A stretch of 64,000 nt of DNA, from positions 7,192,001 through 7,256,000 of the forward strand of contig CP110439.1 of the NCBI GenBank assembly GCA_026914245.1. Direction: 5' to 3'. Position numbers and translations under genes: made by a program. Position 1 is the first letter of the stretch; every line of letters starts with the position of its first letter. Shown here one piece after another: positions 51,048-64,000 of the stretch. The notes under the pieces are model-generated. The model saw nothing but the letters and a program-made list of their open reading frames with translations, did not search any database and was not told where the DNA came from. This stretch comes from Puccinia triticina (lineage: Eukaryota).

Positions 51048-52491
51048 CCAAGCAGCATAGGAACTTACAGTAGAATATGTATGAAAAACACTGCTTGTTT
51101 CCTGCGTTTGCAGGGCATGCGAGTGAAAAGCACCAATTTTTTCCCACATTTGGCCCTGGGGATGCGGATGAAAAGCTCCTGGCAGCTGAGAGGTGCAATG
51201 TCCCGGCTCTTTGACCCTACATGTGTATGCCGGAATAGGCACCAGCCTATTCCCTGCCTTTGCAGCTCTCGGCACCCCACTTTGTTGATTATCTTTACCT
51301 TTCCGTATCCTTCTTATCACGGACCTCTGGCTCACTCACATGTTACTATTACAAGCCATCTAATGGCCTCTCTCGTGCCCACTCTCGGGCTCTCATATTA
51401 GTTCTAGCCGCTCTCGGCCATTGGTCTTGGTGTACCTACCTTACCGGTCTTAATAATACTTATTGCAGCCGCTCTCGGCTGCCTACATATATATCATATC
51501 ACTCTAACCGGGCCCCCGCCCACTCAATAGGAAAGAGGAGAGAGATAAGTGATACACTTCGAGATTGAACAATGGACACAAAGAGGAGAGATTGTAGCGC
51601 TTGAAATGGCGCAGAGAACGAAGCAAAGGTGAAAGACAAAGAGAACAGAATAGACAAAAGCTTCACAGTCGGGCAAGGAAGTTGGATTTGGAGTGAGTTG
51701 AGATGGGCAATTTTTTAAAAGTGGAACTATCTTTGTGCCTTGATTCATCGGTGACATTTATAGAGCGGAGGAGCAGGGTGGCACCGAGACCGGTGCTGGT
51801 CATAGTCGAGTTAGGAAGTTGGATTTGAAGAGAGTCGAGATACGCAAATATTGATTAATGGAACTGCCTTTCAGAGTGGTTTCGAGCGAAGGCATGGATA
51901 GAGCGGAGGAATATATTTTGGGGCTGAGTTCGGGAAAAGACCTTGGAGTAATGATGTCGTCCGGATTTAGATAGGAAGAGACGGAATTGAGGCAGAACAG
52001 ATGAATAGTGTATAATCATGTGAGGAGGAAGAACAATAGATTGAGGGCGTTGGACAGAGGATCGGAAGAGGGGAGCTCACGTAGAAAAGCTATAAATAGA
52101 GGGTGTCGATGATGAGGGGAAAACGGCAAGGCTCCAGAGTTTCAGACTCATCGTGGAAGCCTTCATAAGGCGGAATGCTGCTATTTTTTTTCCAGGAACT
52201 GGGAAATCTCTGTTTGGGATATGGCCGAGAGCAGCGAGTCAACGGACAAACAAGTTCAGCCCGGAGTGACTTTCAATAAAAGCACAAGAGTAGGCCAAGG
52301 CCGTTGCCTAAATAGGATGACCAGACCGATGCCTTAAGCGGAAGCCGGGGGCTTCACAAGGACCCTGTCGCAAAAGATGTCTGCTGAGGCGGTGAAGAAG
52401 ATCGTAAAACAAAAGAGGCGCTGAATCCCAAAAACAAAGGAGACACGAATATAAAAGGAGCAGCTTTGAGAGTTGTCTGGGCCGTACTCCC

Positions 52492-52815
52492 CCGCTTGGC
52501 CAATCCGAGGTAGGCGTTTGGGTCGTCCGGGATATCGGCGAGCCACATCGGCCGTCGAGTACCGTCGGTCGGGCTCGACTGGCCAGGTAGGATCTGGGTG
52601 CGTAGGTCGAGGAGCTGGGCGCTGAGATACATGGTATCTCCTACTGTTCTCCGCCATCCGGTGTAGCAACCTGCAGAAGAAGATACTATCTCAGCGCCCA
52701 GTTCCTCGACTTAGCACCCAGATCGTGCCCGGCCAGCCGAGCCCGACCTCGACGGCCGATGTGGCTCGCCGATATCCCGGACGACGCAAACATCCGCCTC
52801 GGATTGGCCAAACGG
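52492..52815. repeat. GC-rich fold-back inverted repeat, probably a MITE
   Basis: ttggccaatccgagg..gtcgaggagctgggcgctgagata pairs with tatctcagcgcccagttcctcgac..cctcggattggccaa. Confidence 0.65.
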
Positions 52816-53669
52816 CTCGAGACTTCTTCGCCCGCTATCGAACACTCCGACCTCCTTCGAGGGATTGCTGCGGGTGAGCTGCCAAGAAGCTCCAGTGCGA
52901 TAGAAGGAGAGAGTGAGGAGATGGAGAGGGAGGATGCCCCCGGGCAAGAGAAGGCATTATATATTGGTCGGCAACAGCGGAGCTCAGCAGCTGCATCAAT
53001 GGTTGGCCAGGAATGTGCTCAGCATCCAAGCTGTTCTCAGGTGGACGCACCCCAAGTCTCCCTCCAAGCCCCAGCTGTGTGGCTCAGCCTTGTTCGTTCC
53101 CCAAGTCTGAAGACAAAGCTGCCGCGTAACACGGTAGTCACACGGCAGCCCTGCCATGCTCAGCGGGAGCTATTGTCCTCCATCCGGAAGCAACCTTCAT
53201 AGTATCGCATAATTATCATGACCGCTGGCTCTCTGACGCGCAACGGCCCCCATCACCATCGACATATCTGTCCAACAATCTTCTAATCAAGTCTTTGTAA
53301 GCTCGTTCCAACGATCAGGTATCTCTTGGATGGGTCACATTACAAAGAAATTCGACTTCTAAACCAATGTGACCAAATTCAACCAAGTAACACCAGACAA
53401 ATTGATACTGAGAAAAATAATTGTACAAAACACAATCCTTGTCAGTTGGAATGGGACTTGATGCACCAACGCTAAGCTGAAGAAATCCAGTACATGATCA
53501 ATATGGTTCCACCAATCAGAAAGATTAATCACCCCATGGTCCATGCGCGGGGAGCTCATCTTGCTTGAACTTGGTGAGGAAAAAACAATCCATCCTTGGG
53601 TAATTTACCTCTTACTTCTGCAAGAAGCGGGATTGTATACTCCAATGTTCTCCAATACTTCACCGCCTG

Positions 53670-54873
53670 GTCTCAATACACCACCCGCAAATGGGTGTGG
53701 TTTCCTCCGCAGCCACACCCAGTGGTTTTCGCGCGGAACTCGCGCGGCCCCCCGAAAACTCGTGCGGCCCCCGGACCCCCTAGCTGCATATCATTCGGGG
53801 TGCTTGTGGGGCCGACCGGTCATCAAGGCATACCCTCGATGACCGTCTCAATCGAACGGTCATCAAGGTGTATGCTTTGATGACCGGTCGGCTCTTGATG
53901 ACCGGAGCCGGCCGGTCATCAAGGCATACACCTCGATGACCGTCTCAATTGAACGGTCATCGAGGTGTATGCCTTGATGACCGGTCGGCTCCGGTCATCA
54001 AGGACCTCGATGACCGGAGCCGGCCGGTCATCTGAATACCACACCTCGATGACCGTCTCAATTGAACGGTCATCGAGGTGTATGCCTTGGTGACCGGTCG
54101 GCTCCGGTTATCAAGGACCTCAATGACCTCAATGACCGGAGCCGGTCGGTCATCTGGATACCACACCTCGATGACCGTTCTCGATGACCGTCTCAATTGA
54201 ACGGTCATCGAGGTGTATGCGTTGAAGACCGGTCGGCTCCAGTCATCAAGGTACCTAAATATGTACCTCAAGGGCCAGCCAGCTGGCCGGTCATCGCGGT
54301 GTATCGATGACCGGAGCTGACAGTTCATCAACGCATACACCTCGATGACCGGAGCTGACCGGTCATCGAGGTGTGGTATCCAGATGTCCAGCTGGCTCCG
54401 GTCATTGAGGTCCTTGATGACCGGTCGGCTCCGGTCATCAAGGACCTCGATGACCGGAGCCGGCCGGTCATCTGAATACCACACCTCGATGACCGTTCAA
54501 TTGAGATGGTCATCGAAGTATACAGATGACCGGCCGGCTCCGGTCATCGAGGTTTATGCCTTGATGATCGGTCGGCTCCGGTCATCAAGGTACTATGTAC
54601 CTCAATGACCAGCCAGCTGACCGGTGATCGAGGTTTATGTATACCTCGATGACCGTTCAGATGGTCATTGAGGTACATTTATACAACCTCAATGACCAGC
54701 CAGCTCGCCGGTCATCGAGATTTATGCTGATGACCGGTCGGCCCCATAAGGACCCCGAATGATATGCAGCTAGGGGGTCCGGGGGCCGCACGAGTTTTCG
54801 GGGGGCCGCGCGAGTTCCGCAGGAAAACCACTGGGTGTGGCTGCGGAGAAAACCACACCCGTTTGCGGGTGGT

Positions 54874-54905
<32 letters not shown>

Positions 54906-54952
54906 TCATTCCCTCGCAATGGCGCATGTGCTACGTGCAGGGTGTCCTCGAT

Positions 54953-54989
<37 letters not shown>
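53670..54989 (+). tRNA. tRNA-Phe(GAA) gene with a 48-nt intron, split after base 9 by a 1.2-kb MITE (probable pseudogene)
   Basis: GTCTCAATA at 53670-53678 is followed by the insert. The gene resumes as GCTCAGTTGGGAGAGC, TCAGA-CT-GAA-G, intron 54906-54953, A-TCTGA, CAGTG-TTCAAGC-CACTG, TTGGGAC-A. The acceptor stem GTCTCAA/TTGGGAC pairs fully, and TTTT lies downstream. Confidence 0.9.
53679..54874. mobile_element. CACCA-ended fold-back MITE (CACTA-like)
   Basis: ~120-bp TIR caccacccgcaaa.. / ..tttgcgggtggtg and a 3-bp TSD ata. Confidence 0.92.
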
Positions 54990-54991
<2 letters not shown>

Positions 54992-55775
54992 GTTTTCAAG
55001 CGGGAGGGGATGTTGTTTTGTACAAACAAGCTATGGAAAGATTCTTGATTTGTCTTCTGAACACATAATTCATGAACAAGTTTTCAACTTTTGCGGTTTT
55101 GTTGACTGAGAGCGATCGAACTTGGCTAAGTACCTCGATCGGAGGCGCGGGAGCGCTGTTGCGAAGCGGCCCTCCGAAGGAGGGACTTACACCCCTGACT
55201 TATCACAAGTCCCTCGCTGCGGAGGGCCCTGGTACAGCCTGGGCTGGCGCGAAGCGCCCTCGCGCGAAGCGCGACCTCCGAAGGAGGGACTTGCAGGTAA
55301 AGCCAAAAATTTGGCTTGAGAGCTTTCAGCATTTTGGTGGGAGTTTTTTCCCACTCCCCTTTCTGGCATCTTCCCCCCCTCAATATTATAAGCCTGTGGA
55401 ACCAGGAGAAAGCCCTACTCTTGGCGCATCTTTTGGTGTGCATCATGTGAAGATTTATGCTCCCCACCCCCCCTTCTTTCCCGTCTGGAAATCGGGATTG
55501 TTGCATCCAGGCATTCTGTACGGGCGTAACATCTTCTGACGGATTCCATGTCGGCTCATTGTGCCTTGAAACATAACACATATAGATTAATTGTTGCAGA
55601 TTCCGTCACAGAATCTGTAAGGTATGCTGCAAGTTGAGCATCATGATCGTGAGTTGATAGATATTAGAAGTAATTGCTTTGTCCCTCTTGACCGTACTAT
55701 CCAGGGCACACCATCCCGCACCCTCATAGCCCCAACTATCAAGCCAAACACCCCCATAGCCTAAAATAAAACACA

Positions 55776-58564
55776 ATGGATGAAAAAGTACTCCAGGTAT
55801 GCGAATTGCTTCAGTCTCTGCCATGCAAAATGGCCCCCAAGTCGTTTCTGCTGCACTTCTTGTGCTCCACTAATTCCCAAATTTCATACCGGAGACGTTA
55901 TTGGGCCGAATCGGGCATTGAGTCAACAATGGGCCTGCTTAATGCTATGTCTGATGAGATTAAGAGGTCCCCCCCGGGTCGTAAGGCATGGGAAAAATTC
56001 ATTCAAGAACAGGTACGCTGATAAACCGAAATCAGTTCAATCAACAGATGGTTCATTGTCAGAATTTGTTTTCAGGCTATCGAGATACTGGCGAGTCAGA
56101 AGCCTCCGAAGGGAAATTATCCCGAGGGATCGTTCCAAAGCTCTGAAAAAGTCAAGCAGTCCTTCTTCACACAAAAAGAGAAGGATCGGCGCGAAGACCT
56201 GTTGACATTGACACACACACCATTTTTGTACAACATATTGATGGGTGCGCTTCAAAAGCAGCAAGAGTGAAAGGACAAGTCTAAAAGCAAGGACAATGAT
56301 GGTGAGCCTGAGGGCCCTATTGAAAAACAATTGAATCCTGAGGACACGCCACCTGATCAAGATGTTGTTGCATACTCCCAACTATTCACCGGGGAAGGAA
56401 AGGTCCACTTTAGGTTCCATAGGGTTGGTGGCCTACATCTGCCATTTGAGAATCCTCATTGCTAACTTGCTTGAAATTTGAGTGTGCAGATTGTCACCAC
56501 AGTGTGTTCCATGGTTTCCTTCGCCTCCAATCGCCGAGCTAATGGCCTACAACTTGTGAATTCTGTGCGACTCTTGTCGTGTGGGGTTTTGGAACGTGTC
56601 CACGAATACCTGAACTTTATAGGCTTAAGCTCATCGCGCTGGACGGCTTTGACGGCTTTGGACTCGTTGGCAAAGGAAGCTAAAGCGAAATTGAGATCGG
56701 GCATGGCTCTCAAGTCTGGTATTCCAGTTGCCCCGACCATCTGTATTGATAACATTGACATGGTTGAAAAAGTCCATGCCTTATCAGTTGGAAACCGGAC
56801 TCATACGTTCCGAGGCACATGGGGTTATATACATCTCCCTAACCCTGAGCTCCTCCAATCTCTCGATCTGGACAAATTAGCTTTGCCGGAGTTCTACCAA
56901 GCCATGGAGTTGGCCGACTCCGCTCCTATAGAGCCACAGTATTTCCTCCCAACAGCTGATTCCAATATCGTTGAAGAGGCAGTTTGGAAATCTCAGATTG
57001 TGCATGTGTTAAGGAAATATATAGCTATCCCGGCCAATAATAAGTCAGCATTACCAATCAACCCGCCAATTGTCGATCAGATTAGTCATGAAAAGCCTGA
57101 CATCCAGATGCTCAAACTCATGGATGCTTCTGACAACTGCGCCGAGGGTGTTGGTCAAGTTTTTAAGAGCATCCTCAGCCAATCTGGCCTATCTGAGGAA
57201 AATTTCTTTGGAAGACTCCAGCCCATGGATGGTGACTTGGGCACGGTGCAAAATTTCAATTGTCTACGATCACAACGGACCCCCAATCCATTCCCTCAAG
57301 AATGTCTGGATAACTGTTTCTTTCAGCTAGGCGCCGCACACACACTTTGGAATGTGGCTTCAGCAATCTTTACTCATCACTTTGGGAATTCAAGCGACTC
57401 TTCGGACTGTGGTGCGTGGCAATTTCTCGAGGCCCTTGGTTTCCCAGCGGAAAAAGCAATACAGAAGAAGGATTTTACCCTCATGATTAACCAGATGGAA
57501 CGTGTCCATGAGTCAATTTTATTCTACTGCCTGCGGTAAGTTTGCTCTCCTCCATCGACACAATGTTCATAATTTTAACTTGTGCATGTGATGTGTCTGT
57601 TTCACATAGAGTTATCACAAAGACAACTGGCAAAGCAGTCCCACAAAGTCCTGAAGAAATCAGTACAGAAGATTGGAATGCATTGATCAACAAGTGCTAC
57701 AACATGTTTTTTTCATCTGAAGCACGAAGGACAGCTGCTGCCCGCAAATGCCCAAAGCTTCACAATACCTTGGTCATGTTACATGACTTCTCTAGTGTAG
57801 TAGAAGCCAGCCGAGCAATGAAAGCCGGTGATGTGAGAAGACTGATGATTGTATGGAAGAAATGGTGCTTCATGACACGGTCTCTTTTGGGATCAACCAA
57901 TTATTCATCCTACCTTCCCCGGATGGTACTAGTTCTGACAGTAATCCTACCTGCTGCACTGAGGAAATACTTGCAGGATAACTTATTGTTCTCACCCACA
58001 GGACGAAAAGACCATTTTGTTGCCAAAGACTTTTGGCTGGAGATCCAAAACTCTCGACTCAAGTACTTCTACAACAATACTGGCAATGGTACTAAGATTG
58101 ATTGCTTGCGGGACATTTACTCACTCAACATACAAATAGTAAGAACCTCATAACTAAATCTCATGGATTCAGAACAATCTAACTAATGCAAAAATGGGCT
58201 GGTTTTAAAGTTGCACGAGTTACTTCACTCGCTTGAGACTGATTGTGGTCAGAAGAGGATATACCAGTCTCACAAAAACCTCATCACACCACGCTCTATG
58301 GAAATGTTGAACTTGATGGCAAACAATTGTGATATCTTAGATCAATTTGGAAAGACTGGGAATAAAAATATTACTCAAATTTCTAACACATATTTATCTG
58401 GTATAATAAACATGCAAAAAACTATCCGGACAACCGACCCAAAGTTATCATCATTCCGAAGGCATTTGTTGGCCAACCGAGTCCGACCCGCAAGGGCTGA
58501 AGAAAACACACAAGGCACATCAGACAGATCTGAAGAGGAGGATAACAATTCTGAGGACATGTGA
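55776..58564 (+). pseudogene. Academ-type transposase (DUF6589-like), multi-exon, with an in-frame TGA at 56268
   Basis: Motifs ICIDNID, GTWGYIH, MDGDLGT, LGAAHTLWN, NYSSYL and KDFWLEIQN across spliced ORFs 55776-, 56478-, 57542- and 58211-. Confidence 0.8.
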
Positions 58565-58570
58565 TTAAGC

Positions 58571-60887
58571 TTACCAATTCTCAGTGTTTTTGCTTGTCTT
58601 CTCCCCATTGTATTTCTCCCAAGTCTGGGCCATGATTTCAGCAACTTGTTCCTTCCATTTCTGTTCCCGCTCTAGTGATAATGCCTTTTCTTTTGCTTTC
58701 TGCTGTCTCTTCTCCGCGGCGATTTCCCTTTTAGTCTTGTGTGGAGAACGTCCAGAAGGCTCAGGTTGTCCGTTCAAAAGTGGCTCATTCTCAAGGTGTC
58801 CGCTTAGAGCGCGCAACTCTGAACCATTGGGTTCCATCGGTGTTTGAGTATTGCTACCATTTAATTTTGCAAACTTCTGGCTGCAACCCTCAGTATTGCT
58901 ATCTTCCTGCATTGATTTGAATTCGGCTACAAGCTTGTCCAATTTATCCAGCTGGCCTGAGAAGGACTGTCCGCCAATGAGTGATTGGATATCATCCTTA
59001 GTGGAGATGTTGTGTAGATTGAACACAATTGCTTCTGCCTCATCATTGTGAAATAAATCTTCAGAGGTTAAGACACCGCCAGGCGGTGTTAGGCTGTCGT
59101 ACATATTTTTCATTGCATTGATGAGATGAAGTTTGAATGTGTTGAGGCGATCCATCTCTGCATCCGGAAATTTACGTTTGCGTGTTGATGGGCGCTTTGC
59201 GGGATACTTGTGGCTGATATCAGGGACACACGGTGGATTGAACTTGTTGTCCATAATTTCATCGAAGTTGGCTTGATTTGCCAAAACCAAGTTTTTAACT
59301 AGCTTGGCAGATTCAGCGACTGAACAGTTTGAGCAATCACATGGATCAAAGCGCTGCGTAATTTCGCGCTCCTTCTCTCTAATGTAAGATGGATCGTCAA
59401 GCCAGAGAGGTACATAACCAAGCCTGAGTAAACAGAGAAGTTGTTAGCTCAATCGAGAAGGAAACATAGCAAACAAACAAACAATTGGCTTACAGGCTGT
59501 CCAGTGAGAAAGCAATCCTGAGGCAGCAAGGAGTGATTGCCAAAGCATCTATCCGATCTTCGTCCGTCTGCTCGGCACCTCTAGTGAATTGGTCAACCGT
59601 ATTCTTGCCCGACCGCCTTGTTTTCTCCACAAACAACAAAGCCAAGCCTTTCCGACCATCTCTGCCGCACCTTCCAATCATTTGCGCGATTTGAGCTGGG
59701 TCTCCTCGTCCCATGTGAGCCACCATCCGAACGCGCTTCCAATTCTGACCCAGACCAAGAGCCATTGTCGCGGAAATGATGGGGAAGGCTTGATTTGCAA
59801 ACTCTTCTGCACAACGAGCTTTGTCTAGATCTCCTGTGCATGAATGATATCGTCGAACACAGGTATTGTGGGGATCTAGAGAAGCGTTTGGAGTCTCGCG
59901 AGCCCGGTCAATCACGTCCATTACGGTTAACGTGCGGTTTCGCGACCCGCTGTATACTAGAGTTGGTACAAGATCTTTGTTTGCCACGTCTTTAGACGAT
60001 GGGAAGACCTTGATCAAATCAAGAGACAAAGCAAGGGATTTTTCCATTGTGATGCGAACAATTCGGATTTCTGGCCAAGTCAGCTCCCCCTGAAAAATGT
60101 CTACGGATTCATCATTGAGCTTCAGGCTTTTCTTGATTGCTTTGATCGCGATAGGCCTACATGTGGCAGATAACAAGAGAATTGGTTTATTGTTTCGAAA
60201 AAGAAGGTGCCCGCCAAGATTTCCATAACAAGGTCGAAAAATACCGATGTCTTGGAACCAAAGAAGAATAGCGGCGGCCTTCTTTCCTTGGCCGCTAGCA
60301 ACAAGGCCCCATATGTAAATCATATGGGCCTCATCTACCACGATTAAGGCCAAACGATCCTGACATGTCTTGCTGAAGTAGACTGAGTCCCAGATCTTGT
60401 TGTTGAGGAATGTCTCCGGACTCATGTATACAAACTGGTAGACACCGTTTGAAATTTCTTCAGCAACTTTTTCATTGAAATTCAACTTCGTCAGATTTAT
60501 TGCTGTGAATCCGGCCTGTTCTTTCTCGTAGACTTGATTGTCTCCTAGCAAGTCCAAGGGGTTCAATACCAGTACCACGGCACGGTTGCTTTTAGGGATC
60601 ATCTTATAGTAAAGCTCGGCTATTCACGATTTTCCAAATCCGGTACCCGCCAGAAGAAAAGTATTGCGGCTGTTGACTAAATTTAGTACAGTATCAGTCT
60701 GCAACGGCTTTGAGGGCTGACTGTAGAACTTGACTGAAACCTCCTCGATGTGAGTCTTTAATTCCGCGTCACTTTTCTCGTACACTTTCTTATAGACGTT
60801 GACTCCGGTTGAACTCCATGGCCTTTGGGGTTTAGGAATGATGGTGCAATTCAATAGTTGATTCAGCATTTTACTTTGTTGAGGCAA
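58571..60887 (-). pseudogene. RecQ-like superfamily 2 helicase of the transposon, with an in-frame TGA at 60624-60626
   Basis: Motifs AGTGFGKS (I), VVDEAH (II), LSAT (III), ATMALGLG (V) and QMIGRCGRDG (VI). Intron at ~59425-59492. Confidence 0.88.
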
Positions 60888-61869
60888 CTGATAAAAGTGC
60901 CTCTTGGCGTGAAGACAATAGAATCTAGTAAGATTGAGCTTATATGCGAAACCACGGAGCCAATAGTTTGGACCTGTTTGGGCAACTCCTTAGACGTGGA
61001 TTGCTGAATTGTTTGGACTTGAAATATTTACATCTTATTATGTACATATTTACATTTGCAGTGGTCCAGCAACTCACAGATTATTGACTTGTGAATTATA
61101 AAGTGGCTGGTGATGTATTCACTACAGCGCCACCAACCAAAGCCCAATTATGATCCATGAGTTCTGAGGAAGGAGAACACCTCAGCTGCTAGGCAAGGGC
61201 AAGGTTTCCCCTCTGGTGTAATTTATAAAATTTACGGAGTACATTGAAGCTGAGATGCTCAGGTATCCCGTGCACTTCAGCTCGCTGACTCACAATGAGT
61301 GCGCGCTGTGTAATGTGAATTTGATTCAAAAAGTTGGCCAAAAGCCACAAATTTCCTGAAGCTCTCACGCGGAAAAAAGCCGATAACTCATAAGCCTCCA
61401 TTGGGAATGGGAGATGCTCCGCATCGGGGTGCTCTGCACCCCCGGTCCCGGGAGGCTTAGTTAAGTCAGTTACACCCTACCTTGCAAAACAGTAGGCAGC
61501 AGAAATCCCATTTGGCTGGGGAAAACTTTCAAAGTTTTCAACTCTTTATATCTTGACTCACCTATAGGCTATCAGAATTCTGAGTAGACAGTTTTGTCCG
61601 CCTACATCAGCACTTGCACCAGCCACCTTCCTGAGGTCAGATCCCTCCAAAAACTCTCTTGAATCCCAAATGAAACAAAAAGTAGTTCATGGGTTTTGGG
61701 AGGGCATTGTTCAAACAGGCCTTGGTCAAAGCCATACTTTTGACACCTGTCAAAACTTAGCAGCTCTTAAATTTAAAAAAAAAAAATCAAGTTCAAGTGT
61801 TACAGATAAAAGAAAAATACCAGCAGAGAGCCATGCTTCTTGGCTACCTCTTGGAGCAGTTGACTTGGA

Positions 61870-62882
61870 TAGAGATAGTCATTTGGGACCCAGGTACCAA
61901 GCGGTACCCAGGTGCCGCACCACTTTTTGGCCAATTTCAGGTACCTAGTACCGCACCCGGCACCACCTGGGAGGTACCACAGGCACCGCTGGCGGGTACT
62001 GCGGGTACCACCCGTGATATTTTTTGGTGTGGCAGCGTCCTGCTGTCCTGCTTGCTCCATCTAGTTTGTTGCCGCCCTTTGCAACAAGCTGGAGGGCAAA
62101 AAGACCACTGTTCGCTGGGAGGGACTCCTCCCGGCAAGCACTGGCTCTCCTCTTTGACCAAAGGAATCCCTCCGGTTGAGGAGGAATACACACCTCTGAC
62201 TGGAGGAATTGATCCATCCAATTGGAGGCATGTACACCTCTTTGACCGGAGGAATTGATCCATCCAATTGGAGGCATGTACACCTCTTTGACCGGAGGAA
62301 TGGCTCCGGTCAAAGAGGCAAGTCCACCCAGCGAGCTGGATATGTGTCCAGCTCGCCCGGTGGACATCTCTTGCCAAGCTGGATACATATATGTATCCAG
62401 CTTGCCAAGCTGACTCATCCCTCACCAAGATGGATACACAATATCCAGCTTGGCTAGCAAGGTCTCATGGCAAGCTGGACACATCCAGTTCCCTTGGAAG
62501 ATTCCTCTTGGCAAGCTGGATACATATGTATCCAGCTTGGCTAGGGGACTCCTCTCCAGCTCATCAAGAGGCTCTTTGGTGTCCGCAAGCTGGATACAAT
62601 ATATGTAGCCAGCTCTGCGGCAGGAGTCCCCTTGGCAAGCTGGATACGCCAAGAGGAATCCCCCCAGCTTACTGGGAGGCCTTCACCGAGCTGGATCTAC
62701 CAAGTCCAGGCTCTCAATCCCTTGGGGGGTGGGAGGTACTTGTAGGCGGTACCCGGGTACCGCACCACTTTCCGGCCAAAACCCAGTACCTAGTACCGCA
62801 CCTGGCACCGCTGCGCAGGTGCAAGAGGGTACCTGCCAAGCGGTACTAGGTACCCGCCGCGGGTACCAAATGAATATCTCTA
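61870..62882. mobile_element. hAT-like MITE nested in the AcademH element
   Basis: Ends tagagatagtcatttgg / ccaaatgaatatctcta with ggtacc-rich subtermini. No clear TSD. Confidence 0.65.
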
Positions 62883-64000
62883 CCCCAGATGTCCTTGCGT
62901 AGCTTCTACGGAGGGACAAGCAAAAAAGGCTGAAAACAGACATCTGCTGCCTAATTTTTTTGCAAGGTAGGGCGTAAGTCCCTCCTTTGGAGTAATGGTG
63001 GGCCGCTAAAGTAAACTTCACCAAACTACACAAATCTAAGCAAGTAAAAACTGCTAAAAAGCTAGATGGATGTTAGTGTAGCGCCACAAACATCCCTCTG
63101 GAGTAGTGCTTTGGCTGTAGTGGAGCACGGTAAGGAATGCTACACTGGTAGATTTGTGTAGATTTATTTAGTTTAGTTTAGCGGCCCACCGTTGTTTGGA
63201 GGGTTGCTTTGCGACAGCGCTCCCGCGCCTCCAATTGAGGGACTTAGCTAAGTTTGGAGAGCAATGCCATATTCTTCATATCCTTTCCACACAGATCTTG
63301 ACAGATGTCAGATAAGACCCAAGGCCAAAACCAATCCCGGCCTCCAGTACTTGGAGCAGGTTTAAGCAACAACCAAGTTTATATTCTGAACCGGAACAAT
63401 TTCTTTACCCTCCAAGTTCCTCCACAAGGTTGTAGGAAGCTGCCCTCTGCCATCAAGGAGGGACAGGGAGAGGCCGACCTGTAGAGACTTGGGCTCAAGG
63501 GATACAGAGATGGGTAAACTATGATGGTAATTGATGATGAACATCCTTGACTGAGCATCTGGCAAACCCTGTGACTAGAGAATGTCAAAATGGACCTGGG
63601 TACTGGTTTCACCGCGGGTTCCTTCACGTTTTTTCCCAAAATCAGGCACCTGTCACCGCAGAGTATGGGTTAAGCACGATTTCTGGAGCAATTGTTCCCG
63701 AGATGTGTTTTGGCCCAAGGGCAGAAATAATATATCTCAGTCTGATACACTTGCAGCCAAACATGATGATGAACGGCATCACAGTCCCGGGAACCACCTA
63801 TCAGCCAATTTTTTGCTTCAGGTGATCTCTGTGATAGGCCTGCAGATTTCCAAAATCCCAACAATCCTTTGATGATCAGGAGCTGGAGAACACAGTACAA
63901 ACCCAGTCAAAAATGATGGTGGTTTGAATTACGCCGTGGGCATGATCAGCACCTCACATGGAAATGTCGGATCCAACCCTTTTTGAACTTAACTAAGTTC

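Larger units (their letters stand above)
55117..63256. mobile_element. AcademH-type DNA transposon, full length, decayed
   Basis: ~60-bp TIRs: cgaacttggctaagtacctc..ggaggcgcgggagcgctgt, with the reverse complement at 63197-63256. 9-bp TSD gagagcgat / gagagcaat. Contains convergent transposase and SF2 helicase genes. Confidence 0.88.

Noticed and set aside
50032..51198. 388-aa ORF and overlapping ORFs
   Set aside because: Stop-poor GC-rich palindromic repeats of a hAT MITE, open in many frames.
51200..53600. Possible retroelement or gene remnant
   Set aside because: I could not recognise any protein motif or termini.
59490..60602. Host RecQ/Sgs1 gene
   Set aside because: It lies between TIRs next to a transposase and has an in-frame stop after motif I.
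63290..64000. Short ORFs at the window end
   Set aside because: Stop-riddled, with no identifiable domain.

Overview
Eukaryotic, intron-containing and very transposon-dense window. Gene and TE families point to a rust fungus (Pucciniales, probably Puccinia); this is inferred from family recognition only. Five host genes are reconstructed by hand from splice signals. They are a SEC20 SNARE (2493-3712, with an apparent 1-nt frameshift), two paralogous signal-peptide plus C-terminal-TM genes (5230-5852 and 31228-31949, minus strand), a 6-exon secreted effector-like gene built from an internal duplication (32623-34364), and a StuA-type APSES transcription factor (39102-41127). An intron-containing tRNA-Phe(GAA) gene is split by a transposon. 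The rest is nested TEs: a full-length but decayed AcademH-type element (transposase plus RecQ-like helicase, 9-bp TSD, 55117-63256), hAT and MULE transposase relics, an ORF1-only LINE, a gag-only Copia, Gypsy fragments, and many MITEs with readable TIRs and TSDs. The most unusual signals are two. Both copies of one CACCA-ended MITE family sit in Pol III A-box regions. A 7-bp-TSD TIR family carries an internal tRNA-like A/B-box cassette. Most ORFs in the supplied track are spurious products of repeats.
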